Positions 24,931 through 35,896 of a DNA stretch of 35,896 bases are shown here, piece by piece. A program made the translations under genes and the position numbers. The stretch comes from Paraglomus brasilianum (taxonomy: Eukaryota): contig CAJVPI010000312.1 of NCBI GenBank assembly GCA_910592345.1, positions 1 to 35,896 of the forward strand, in the 5' to 3' direction. The stretch's first letter is position 1. The number at the start of each line of letters is the position of its first letter. The notes under the pieces are model-generated. The model ran no database searches. It saw only the letters and a list, made by a program, of their open reading frames with translations, and was not told where the DNA came from.

Positions 24931-26841
24931 ATGAGCGAAGTCGCTGAACAAGTACCCGAACAAGAAGATCAGGAAGAGTCGGAAGACGAGGTACAAATGT
25001 TATTGTTCAAGCAGAATAACAATTTACGCATCTTTGCGATGTCGTTGATAAGAAGTTATTATCTCGTACAATTGTATTGGAAAAAACGCTTAACTTGATA
25101 CACACATTTAGGAACTCTTTTATACCGAGATAGATGAGTTGCAAAACCATGGTATTAATGCTGCTGATATTCAAAGACTCAAAGCAGCTGGCATCTGTAC
25201 GGTTCGAGTGAGTTGCTGTGTATCATTGTTTATGTTAACTGTTCAGAATGACGCGACTGAATTGATTCAATATACTTTGTCTATTACAGGCAATAACAAT
25301 GACAACCAGGAAAAATCTATGCAAGATTAAAGGATTCTCAGAAGCCAAAGTCGAAAAATTTAAAGAAGTCGCTTCAAAACTCCAGGTCCTTATCATCTGT
25401 GCCATATACGCGTATATGCTTTTATAATGCACGAAAACATGCAAAACTCTCATTCCCAATGCATTGTCATTAGAGTTCAACTTTCATTACAGCCACAGAA
25501 TTCTATCAGATACGCGCCAAGGTTATGTACATATCCACCGGAAGTAAAATGTTAGATGGCGTACTAGGTGGCAAGTATATACGGTATTATCAATATCCAT
25601 AAATAGCAATTAAACACGTAAAGTTGACACCAATTTCTTCAAAGGAGGCGTGCCCACTATGGCAATCACTGAAGCATTTGGCGAATTCCGCACTGGGAAA
25701 ACTCAAATTGCTCATACGTTATGCGTAGTCGCACAGTTGCCACCATCAATCGGAGGAACTAATGGAAAGGTTGATGCCTATTACTCGTGTTTTCTTTTGA
25801 CATTACGATGCTTAACTTTGCTGAATTTACACTTTATCGTTTGTTTAGGCTGCATTCATCGATACCGAGGGTAGACTAGTCCTTGAACAATTTTTTCCTT
25901 TTCTCTAACTTTTCACTAAAAAAAAAAAAAACATGTATACTGTCGTTTGCCAGGAACCTTTCGTCCCGAGCGAATAAAGGCAATTGCTGCAAGATTTGGT
26001 ATTGATCAAGATGCTGCGCTCGAGAATATCCTATATGCTCGTGCATATACTTCTGAGCATCAAATGGAATTGATCGTAGAATTGGCCGCTCGGTTTTCGG
26101 AAGAGAAAGGAATATACCGACTGCTTGTAAGCCATTCTCAAACACACATTCGCAAACAAATTTAAAAGATTTTTTACTAATTATAATAATAAATCTCGTA
26201 GGTCATTGACTCGATCATCGCACTTTTTCGAAGCGACTTTTCGGGTCGGGGTGAACTTGCTGAACGACAACAGAAACTTAATATGATGTTGAGTCGACTT
26301 GTTAAAATCGCCGAAGAGTTTAACGTCGCTGTTTATATTACTAACCAGGTATCATCAAGTGATATGTTTCAATCATACGAAATTTAACCACTAGCAGGGT
26401 TTAAAGTATATTCTTGTTTACCAATATAAGGTCCAATCTGATCCTGGCAGTAGTATGATGTTTGTCAGCGATCCCAGAAAACCTATTGGCGGGCACGTTC
26501 TAGCTCATGCGTAAGTATACCACTTGTTAAATCTTTTCTGTTAAAGACTACCAGATCTTTTCACGCGTCACTACTTTGCGACATAGCTCTACTATTAGAT
26601 TATATCTTCGGAAAGGACGCGGTGAAGAACGTATTGCCAAAGTCTACGATTCACCGGACATGCCCGAAGCTGAAGCACGTAAGTTCTACTTCACAAAACT
26701 ATACTTGTAATACTTTTTTATTATCTTACGATCTATATAAATACTATTTATACATGTTTTAACCCTCGTTATCCTCCCGCTTCACCCGGTCTATTAGCAT
26801 ATACAATCTCCGGGGGTGGGATTATCGACAGTTCCAGCTAA
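24931..26841 (+). CDS. DMC1: Meiosis-specific recombinase Dmc1 (11 exons, 343 aa)
   Basis: Exons 24931-24990, 25112-25207, 25290-25385, 25474-25570, 25645-25769, 25849-25870, 25954-26126, 26202-26348, 26431-26510, 26587-26678 and 26798-26841 total 1032 nt with consistent phases. Walker [10 protein letters not shown]. Dmc1-type motifs [61 protein letters not shown] and DSPDMPE differ from Rad51 (ELSARQMHL, GGNIIAH, DSPCLPE). Confidence 0.98.
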
Positions 26842-27053
26842 AACATCGACAACATAAACGGCGTTGAGCGCTACATCGCTGCGAAAAATTAAGCTGTACA
26901 ACTGCAGCAAAGCTTATTAAAAAACTCTATAATGAGCGAACATAATGCCGGTTACAACAAAGCAATATAACTTCAGTCTATGAAAACAACTGTCATAGCA
27001 ATATGAACAATTAGCAAGTGTAATGAAATAAAATGTTTCTTCTTATTTTATCT

Positions 27054-30000
27054 CTAATCTTCAGAAACGAAATCATCATCGTCGTCATCATCGTCGTCGT
27101 CCGAGTCATCTACGGTAAACATGTCATCAGAGTTTCGTGCATTCGTCAACTCAACAAGTTTGGGTGATGATGGTTCGAAAGATGATTCGCTCTTCTGTGG
27201 TGAAGGAATGTCTAAATCAGTGTCCTCGTCTGCATAGTTAACTTTACGGCGAAGTCTACATGAACGCGTAGGTCTACTCGGTCCTGCTCCGTCGTCGTAA
27301 TCGTCGTCATCATCATCAACTATTGAGACGCGCTTTCGTTTGTTGTTGCTGTTACGAGTAGTTCGGCGCGCAGCCGATTTAGGAGTCTCGACCACGCGAT
27401 TTGGTTTGCTTGATCTATGAATAACAATGACAATTTAATACTATAAATCGAACAAAAGAATCAAAGTTACAATTAAAGACGTGAGATAATTTACTTGTTT
27501 TTTGCCTTTCCTTTCCCCTTCTTTTTGCGTTTTGATCGGCTTGATCGTATGCGTGAACGAGCCGGCGGCGCGTACTCGGAGTCGTCGTCAGACACAATGA
27601 ATGAACCTTCCGAACCTAGTAATGATATTGTGTCAACTTCCACATTCTCCCCGTCTCCATCGGTATCTGTAGAGTTGGGTGTAGTGAACCCTGGCTCATA
27701 TTCGGGATCTTCATCAGAATTCGGTAGAGGCACTATCGGTTCTTCGATGGCCATTGGATCGACTTCTTCGACTTCCTCCCCTGAATCTTGTTCCTGATGC
27801 ACTCGAAGACTCCTACAAGTGATCAATAAACACGAAAACATGAATACAGTCTTTTAGTATTTGTTTAATTCCAGAATTGACGTTAATACTATCAATACTA
27901 TTCTAATCATTTCTCAATAATGCTCTTGTCATCTTATTGCTTACCTTCGTCTTTTATATAGTTCCTGTTTACTCATAATGCTAAGTGCAACACCGGTCGA
28001 TTTGAATAGTGCAAGTTCGGCCTTCAGCATTTGACGACCGATTCTATCTTCACGTGACACTTGTGCAGGTAATACACCCGGAAGATCGACCCCGAATGAT
28101 TCCGGTTTCTGTTGTGCATATTCTACTCCGCCCCAATCCAATACTGGCCCACGCGGTAGCTCGTGCGGCGGCTGGCTTGTCCCAGCATCTATTACCACGC
28201 CATCTTCTAGTAACAGATCCTGATAGTCATATCTGAACTGTTGTCCTCTCTCACATCGATCGTCATACTTTTTGTGTAATTTAGTCATTCCTAACTCATA
28301 TAAACGGCATATACCCGTCGAATCGGTAACTGCAAAAGCGCGACCGTCTGGTGAGAAACGGCCATCCAATTGTTCATTTGTGTTGGCAAAAGCCTTAAGC
28401 TTTTTCCCTCCGAGTATATCCCATATCATAGCCTTGCCATCGTATGCGGCTGACAACATTATAAACGGATTTTCGGGATGCATTTCGGCCACATACACGT
28501 CAGCAGTGTGTCCTTCCAGGGTATGACGTAATTGTCCAGTACGTGAATGGAAGACCATAATATGTCCTATACTTGATGCCACCACGACATGCTGATCGTC
28601 AGCTGACCATGCAATAGCAGTTGCTTGTGTCTTTGGATCTCCTTTTGTTACGTTCAATCGTAGTGATATCCACCGATTACTGCTAAAGTCATATTCCCAG
28701 ATCATAGCACTACCATCCGGCGATGCCGACAGAATACGATTGTCCATGTGAGCATATTGTACATCAACCACTTTTTGAGTGTGACCATCGAGGTCAGCAA
28801 TGTGAACTGGAGTACGTGCATCGTAATATGTTGGAAACGAATCATTATCAGTGGGCGGAGATGGTGGCAGCTTACCGTGTTCAACACCAACACGATATCT
28901 TACACTCGGGGCTTCATCCTCCAAATAAATTAATTCTTCTAGTTCTTCATCATTCTCACCAGTATCAACCCCAAATGTTCTTCCACCCATAAAAGTAAAC
29001 ACTCTGACTAATCCATCCGATCCACCAATTGCAAATTGTGACCCAGTTGCATTAAATGCTGCACATATAATCTTATTGACACCAACAGTACTTATTGGTT
29101 TAACTGGGAGTGGTGAATCTTGGAATTTCTTATTTTCTCGATCGAAACCAAACAGATAGGTTTTTCCATCATTATTCGTAGCAAGTAGAACACGAAGGGA
29201 AGCAACCGGTGATGGTGAAAACTGGACCGAAGTACATGCATCGCTCTACGACAAGTCAATGTCAACCACATCAAATAAGTCATACGAGTAGTTCACCCAT
29301 GTGTGCCTAATAAAGACCTCGAAACTCAAATAAGTCATGCGACACTATATAAACGACTTACCAATACAATGCGTCTTATGGGTGCGTATGTTTTTAAATC
29401 CCAAATGAAGATTGTCTTGTCGTCCGACGAACTCGCTAATACAGTGCTCTTCTTATTTATTGCTATATCAACTATTTCCCCCAAATGCCCTCGTAATGTT
29501 GCGATGAGAATGCCAGTTCTTATACACCATATCTTTATGAGGCAGTCGTCACTGCCCTATTAGATTGAGTATGAATTAACGTGATAGATTGTTGATGACT
29601 AAATAAACACGCAGTATCGTATTCATCATAAATACCGTTATAACGCGTCTACCTATCCTATCGAATATGACACAATACGCTCGAGCTCGATGTCCATTTA
29701 GTCTTAGCACCTGCCAATAACAACGTAATTTTATAAATATTGTGTAATTGCCGGGGATTCATTAAGATTACAAAGACTCACTTCTTCGAAATTTTCGTAT
29801 ATAAATCCTGTAGCATTACTTGGTATTGTCATTCCCAACTGCCGCGCAACCAAAAAGTTTTCTGTAATTATTATAAATATTGTATGAAATAACCAAATAC
29901 AGTTAGTCAAAATACACGGTTCAATACATAATTTAGTCATTTGTAAACATAAGCACCGACTTTTCGTTATTGTTTTTGTCCAACCCGCTGACGACAATTT

Positions 30001-30500
30001 AGCGAACGCAGGACTCGTAGTCGCCAGCAGAGTCGAGTAACGGACAAGTCTGCGTTCAAATGAAGCTTTTCGCACGTCATCGAGTACTGTAAGCAAGTGA
30101 TCATTCGCGAGGTGCGGATTGCGCATTGTCTATATCGTGGAAACATAAGGAATAAACATATTATTTGCAGTATAAGGCACTCTCGAGTGTTTCAACGCAA
30201 GTACAGCACAAGTAGGCAGTAGCACCAGGCACTTCTTTCATGCAATCTATAAGTATAGATGAGAACATTTACCACTTCATCGTACGTTTGACCGTGAACT
30301 TGACCAGTGTAGTCTCTTCGGGTAGGAAGTAGGTCGGGTTGCTTGTCAAGCACTTCGCGATAGGCAACATATGCCTTTTGGAATGCAGGATTACTAGCGA
30401 GAAACCTTCCTACAAGGTAGTTGGTCTCTCGTTGTGCTGCTAGGGAGAAACGTGGCGAATCTGTGTCGCCCTTACTGTCTTTACGGGTTATTAGGGACAT
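27054..30500 (-). CDS. BRWD1/PHIP-like LisH plus WD40-repeat protein, multi-exon, ending in an acidic/basic tail with no recognisable bromodomain
   Basis: N-terminus [33 protein letters not shown] and [12 protein letters not shown]40 repeats [77 protein letters not shown] and [17 protein letters not shown], then [21 protein letters not shown], in the BRWD/PHIP motif order. Canonical introns; stop TAG at 27054-27056. Confidence 0.88.
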
Positions 30501-32734
30501 TGCAAAGGGATGTATGCGTGGACGTCAAACGTTTAGTGTAGGCTAACGAGCGAAGTAAGAGATCGCGTGTTGCTAGACCGTACAGTCGAGCGTAGCAGAG
30601 AAGGCGCGGAAGGTACAAGGCAAATGAGTTTTGTCAAGTAAGATGATGGGAGCGTCGTTTTTGCGAAAGTCGATCAATCTTACCGCATCCGTATATGATT
30701 GTAATACAAAGCCTTTGTTGGGTGAATTGTATCACATGACTAGCAATTGCGTATTAGGGTCGAGTGCCACAAATTCGTTCGAACAGATCTAACACAGAAT
30801 GATTTGCAAAATACCACCTGCTATTATTCGAAAATGTGAATATTAGACACTTGTTTCCATTAAATTCAGTTGAATAGATGACAATATTTGCGGAAGGCAA
30901 CCTTTGCTGAGAACAAAACTTGGACCGTTCATAATAGTAGTATATAATAATAAGCATTCATATATCAGATGTGAATAGTTATTCGATGGCAACGCGCTTA
31001 AATTTTATGTTTCAAGGTACGTGCGTGCCCCTTGACATTACTGGATACACAGGCATTTTAAGATGTTTCTGATATATAGCTACTTAAATAATTTTATAAT
31101 AACTGAAAATTAAATGCTTGCTTTTGTAGTTAATTCTAATTTTGTTAAGTACTCTCACAATTATCTCAAGGTGCCAAAGTAGAATAGTCGCATTTTGAAA
31201 CACACCTCCGGTTAAAAAGTTTTATTATAGATATATTCCAAAAGAGAAAACTTTTACCATTACTGCAAAGTGTTGATTCCTGCAATATTAACAGCCAGCC
31301 GGGAAAAGTCACTAGTATATTCGGTCCTTTCCCACACTACGAATATGATCTGTAAAGAGATTCAATGGTGTAAAGCCGTGATGCATTATTCACGTAATTG
31401 ATCGGCGGACAGCTTACTAGCTTGATCAATCAATGATATTCCGTTACAGCTTGAGTGAGCCGTTTATTTGGAGTGTCCGGTCTAATAATCAATTATTTCG
31501 ACGATAGAGAATACTACTCAGATCAATAGTATTATCGTTTTATTTGAATAACAACTTTTCACGCTCGATGTTCACATAACATGAAGATTTGACAATGGAG
31601 GAAGAGCTACTTATATATCTTTTGCGTCGCAAGAAAAACAACACCATAAGGTTAATATTGGATGGTGTCGACTATATATCAAAGCAAGCTCAAATATCGA
31701 TTTGTACGCAGGGTACTGTATACGGCGAAGGGTACTATTTGAGGGCGTTACTTAATTTACACCCATACTATTAGCTGTACAGTATATGGTTTCCGTTGGT
31801 GGGGACTATAAAAAAGTTCTATAATGCTTAGTCACGTTAGTTGGGTCAATGAGTATTCAAAATTGTCTGATAAATATTGTTACTACGAACTACTTTTGTA
31901 CCCGGGTATAACTATGGTCTGCGGTACTCTGTTACGCATCGATGAATGAGACTATCTTTATTATATATACACGAATGCAAATAAATAAAACTGTAAAGAA
32001 TGGAGTGACTAGATACTGGCTAGTGAAAACACGGGTTGAAAATTCGCCCTCATTTAAATTCTCCTTAACTAGACAATTATGTTTCTTGATCAGTGAGAAG
32101 TCAAAAAAGTAGTCCTGGAACGTGGAAGAGGTAAGTAAGAATCGGAGTTGGCATTATTTTAACAGAAGACTGAAGGAGATCAGATTGAAACAGGAAAGTC
32201 AGGTTGCTTGAAGGAAGGGATCTGGCACGTAATCAGCAGAACGTTAAGAACGTCAAACAGATTTGCACAACTTTACTTACGTTGTATTAAAAAGTAACCG
32301 TCAAAACAATAGACTTTTCAACAATCTGCTTTTAACCAATCGCCAACCGTTAAAGTCGGTAACTTGATACTAATCACTGACACCTCCCATTGTAATTGCA
32401 TTGAGCATTGAAGAGTGTAGAAGTTATGTTAGTATATTCATCGTTATTTCCATTCTCAGTTATTACAACGTCAATAATTCATTTGTATCAAAATTGTTGT
32501 TTTGATAAGTTTATTTGAAGCATAATTTTTTTGACTTAGGGATATTTTTTAATAATTCCAAAGGGTCAATTACGCAACTGTTTAGAAACAGTGCAGACAA
32601 ACAATATTGGCCAAAATTATTCAAGAATAAATATATCAATTCTAATGATGCAGTTTTATTTGTATAAAATTTGCGGGAAAATTTCTTCATTGTTTTCAAT
32701 TATAATACACATTTTCGTTTATTAACTAGATACA

Positions 32735-33255
32735 CAGGGAAACTCGATAAGTCGGTCAAACGTTTTCAGCCCTTTTTTTCAGTATTTAAAAAACCTCGAT
32801 AAGTCGGTCGACATATGTAAAGTCGCGATAACCTGTAAGTTCTTTAATGCTATATGTAAATTACACTCGATAAGTCGGCCTCACGTGGCATTAGGGAACT
32901 CATTACTATTTTAGTCGATAGATCATCCGGTAAATTTTGTACTTGTTTGTACTGTATTGTAAACAATTATACTTTTATTTTTCACCACCACTAATTACTC
33001 GCTAATTATATTGAGTATATAAAAGTAGACAGAGACTTAAAATGGAAATTGATAAAAAGAGAATGACTTCTTCAACGCAAACTAGCATGGATATTTATTT
33101 GGAATAATTCATTTTTTGTCTATTTATTCTACATTATCCTATATTATCATATTATTATATAAATAAAAATTTAACATATTGGTCACGTGGTTCTCGATAA
33201 ATCGGTCTACCAGCCCAGCCGACTTATCTATCTATCGAAAATTATTTACCCCTAA
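32735..33255. mobile_element. pogo/Tigger-like MITE with sub-terminal repeats and a decayed right end
   Basis: Starts CAGGGAAACTCGATAAGTCGG. CTCGATAAGTCGG at 32743, 32795 and 32866, a variant at 33193, and inverted CCGACTTATC at 33219-33228; non-coding interior. Confidence 0.7.
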
Positions 33256-33469
33256 GCAATTTCCTTATTAGAGCAGGGTGCCTTTATCAGGATATTTTTG
33301 ACCATATAGGAAAATGCGAAATTTGCATGTGAACTCAATTATTGCAAAGTTTTTCGTTGGCCAGAATATACAAAAACAGACACATGACCTGCAAAATTTT
33401 GATGTTCCATTCTGATCAAAGGGTGGCAGAAAAAGCGTTGCTGTTACATAAATTATTAAAGGTTAGTTT

Positions 33470-34624
33470 ATTGTGAAAGAAGGAACGTCAGGCAAGACTG
33501 TTTGTCAGCTTTTAACTACGCCACTCGGTGCTTTCGAGGAAGGTTGGGTGCTTTCTAACCTGATGGGGAAGAGAAACGCGATGGCTTCACTCTTCGTGAT
33601 TCTTTCGCGTGTTTATGTTGACCGGGTGTACTACGCCCCTCGGTGCTTTCGAGGAAGGTTGGGTGCTTTCTAACCTGATGGGGAAGAGAAGTGCGATGGC
33701 TTCACTCACTATGTGATTCTTTCGCGTGTACATCCTGCTTGCAGACATGCACAAAAGATAATACTGTGGATTTCCTAAAGTTCTTACTGCTTTTACTATC
33801 TTTTTTACAGTGTAAGAAATCAGCAGAAATCATTGATATTATCTGGGACCGGAGCAAAGAAATTGCGGATTCAAAAGTTCGTTTAACACTGAGTGAACTG
33901 CTAACCAAGGTGATTCGAAGTTGAGATAATGTTATTATAAATGTTACAATTATTTGCTTACTATTTTGTTTTCTTAAATTTTCAGACAAAATTAAGACAA
34001 ATATTATTGGTGAAATCGGAGATTTAGGAAGCAAAAGGTATTTCTTTAAAGGCCACGCGAGTTTTTTTCTGAAAGCCATATCTAACTTTAATTCCGTTCA
34101 TATAAAGTTCTCCTGATACAATATCAGCGGTGCAACCTCAAAATGAAAAGAATCGCAACAAGCACGCTATAAGAGAAGACAGCCAGTCGGACGATCTGTT
34201 CAAAAAAATAAATGAAGATGACGAGGAATTTCTTGAAAATGTTGGACTTCTATTTAATGAGTCAAATGAGGAGTCAATTATCGAGTAAGTTGATGAGAAT
34301 TCGCTATTGGACGAAGTTCGATTGTCATCAGTAAACATTAATAACAAAACATCAGAGGTAAATCTTGTTATAAATATTTTATGAATAAGTATTCAACAAA
34401 TTTATTATTCTATTATCAATAGGAGTTCCTTGATACAAATACAATTGAGGCATTTAGCGAATATCAAAAAAGGATACCAAAAACTCGCAAGGCTTTGACG
34501 TAAGTTTAGAACCATCATTATAAACACAATTTCATCCTGCTTATTAATATTCTATACATGCTATTCATTAGCCCTGCATATTGGGGAATATTGGATTTGA
34601 CGAAGGAGAGTCTCAAAAACCCAG
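33470..34624 (+). pseudogene. Decayed multi-exon gene, probably of a lineage-expanded family, ending just before the Tc1 element
   Basis: GT-AG introns join SPDTISAVQPQNEKN..EESIIE*VDENSLLDEV..KTSE, EFLDTNTIEAFSEYQKRIPKTRKALT and PAYWGILDLTKESLKNP. In-frame TAA at 34286-34288; internal duplication. Confidence 0.6.
33515..33729. repeat. Direct duplication of about 98 bp
   Basis: 33515-33612 and 33630-33729 share ACTACGCC.CTCGGTGCTTTCGAGGAAGGTTGGGTGCTTTCTAACCTGATGGGGAAGAGAA..GCGATGGCTTCACTC....GTGATTCTTTCGCGTGT. Confidence 0.92.
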
Positions 34625-34723
34625 GTATAAAGGATGTGACAATACAAAAATTATCTTGACAGAAATTGTGTTGATGTCAATGTCATCAAAAAATTAGACA
34701 GGAACATCCAATTCATGTATGTA

Positions 34724-35338
34724 CACTCACCCGAAATAAGTAACAGACCCCCTTTAATTTTAGTTTGTAGAATACAATACATAATAATTTATTCCAAATT
34801 TTTTGTATGTAGAAAGCAAATTGGACAGATTAGCCTATATACAAATACTTGAAAAGCAGTTATTGCCTTTTATTGCTACAAAACATAATGGGAAAGGTTA
34901 TTGTTTCAACAAGACAATGCACCAATCCATACAGCCAAAGATGTTAAAGAATGGTTTGTGGCAAAGAAGATTAAAACTTTGCCCAATTGGCCAAGTCAAT
35001 CACCTGACTTGAATCCAATCAAACATTTGTGGTTGGAATTGGAACATCGGCTTCAAAAGCATTCAAAAGCCCCCAAAATATTACAGACTTGAAAAATGCT
35101 TTACTGGAGGAGTGGGTCAAAATTCTGGACTCTGTATATATGGATTTAATTAAAAGCATGCCAAGAAGAATTGAAGCATGTATCGCCAATAACAGCTGGC
35201 CAACCAATATTAAACATGTAATAAATTTCCAGAAAGTACTCAACAACATATAAAAAATTTGGAATAAATTATTATGTAATGTTTTCTACAAACTAAAATT
35301 AAAGGGGGTCCATTACTTATTATTATTTCAGGTGATTG
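34724..35338 (+). mobile_element. Internally deleted Tc1 element with ~87-bp TIRs and TA target duplication
   Basis: TA at 34722-34723 and 35339-35340. TIRs (34724-~34810 and ~35246-35338) are near-identical reverse complements. Interior encodes YIQILEKQLLP / [27 protein letters not shown] / LIKSMPRRIEACIANNSWPT with frameshifts. Confidence 0.95.
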
Positions 35339-35459
35339 TATATTGTCATGCTGACTACTGCAGGAGAGCAGAAAGTAACCGACACTTGGGATTTAACTAG
35401 TCTCAACGGAGTGTGGCTGCCTCCTATTCAAGTTAAATGTTTAGGGTACAGTTAGTGAC

Positions 35460-35815
35460 CTTGTCAATGTCAAGGCTTTTCACTTATAATTCATTCTTTG
35501 TATTTGTTAATTCAGACTTCACTTATAATTCATTCTTTGTATTTGTTAATTCAGACTTGAGAGAATGATCTCAGATTCTTTTCTTTACTATTTCTTCCTG
35601 AGTTGAGAATGCATCTTTTTGAGCTGATTCTAACTTACCTTCTAATATTTTTTTCATAGACCAAAGTGCTGTAATTCATTCTGAGTTGAAGATAGTTTCA
35701 TTTCCAATATTTTTATCTTAGACTGAAGATCTTTTATCTTAACTTTAGATTCATTAAGAGAAATATCTTTGCAGGTAATAGACTATCTAACTCTGAGCTC
35801 AATCACTTAACCTCC
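35460..35815 (-). pseudogene. Decayed coiled-coil ORF, probably repeat-derived
   Basis: CKDISLNESKVKIKDLQSKIKILEMKLSSTQNEL..LKSELTNTKNEL* shows a heptad pattern with stops and frameshifts; CpG-poor. Confidence 0.4.
35479..35556. repeat. Perfect 39-bp tandem duplication
   Basis: TTCACTTATAATTCATTCTTTGTATTTGTTAATTCAGAC x2. Confidence 0.95.
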
Positions 35816-35896
35816 TCTTACTATTTGTGATAGATTTATGAATAGTTAGACTAATAGTCATTAAAATTTCAGCCTCGTTTATTATGTATAATTTCG

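Noticed and set aside
24931..26841. RAD51 as an alternative identity
   Set aside because: Diagnostic motifs are Dmc1-type throughout.
31990..32710. Coding-like fragments on both strands
   Set aside because: Heavily interrupted and unassignable without a search.

Overview
AT-rich, intron-dense eukaryotic DNA, most likely a Glomeromycotina (arbuscular mycorrhizal) fungus. That assignment is an inference from the kinase tail, the stand-alone MATA-type HMG gene and the repeat families. The ORF track misses most real genes because they are spliced, so gene models were rebuilt by hand. Left to right: the 3' end of a protein kinase; decayed Tc1/mariner remnants and a spliced pseudogene; an intronless Crz1-like C2H2 transcription factor within about 12 kb of microsatellite-rich non-coding DNA; then a compact block of REC8 (-, about 17 exons), a pogo-like MITE, an intronless MATA/SOX-type HMG-box gene (+), a possible TPR-like remnant, DMC1 (+, 11 exons, 343 aa) and a convergent BRWD1/PHIP-like WD40 gene (-) lacking bromodomains. 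The right end holds another MITE, a decayed multi-exon gene and an internally deleted Tc1 element with ~87-bp TIRs. The headline observation is two intact meiosis-specific genes, REC8 and DMC1, head-to-head 3.6 kb apart with a mating-type-class HMG-box gene between them: a candidate meiosis or sex-locus gene cluster. Each meiotic gene model has a GC-AG intron, and DMC1 carries four ACGCGT (MCB) motifs.
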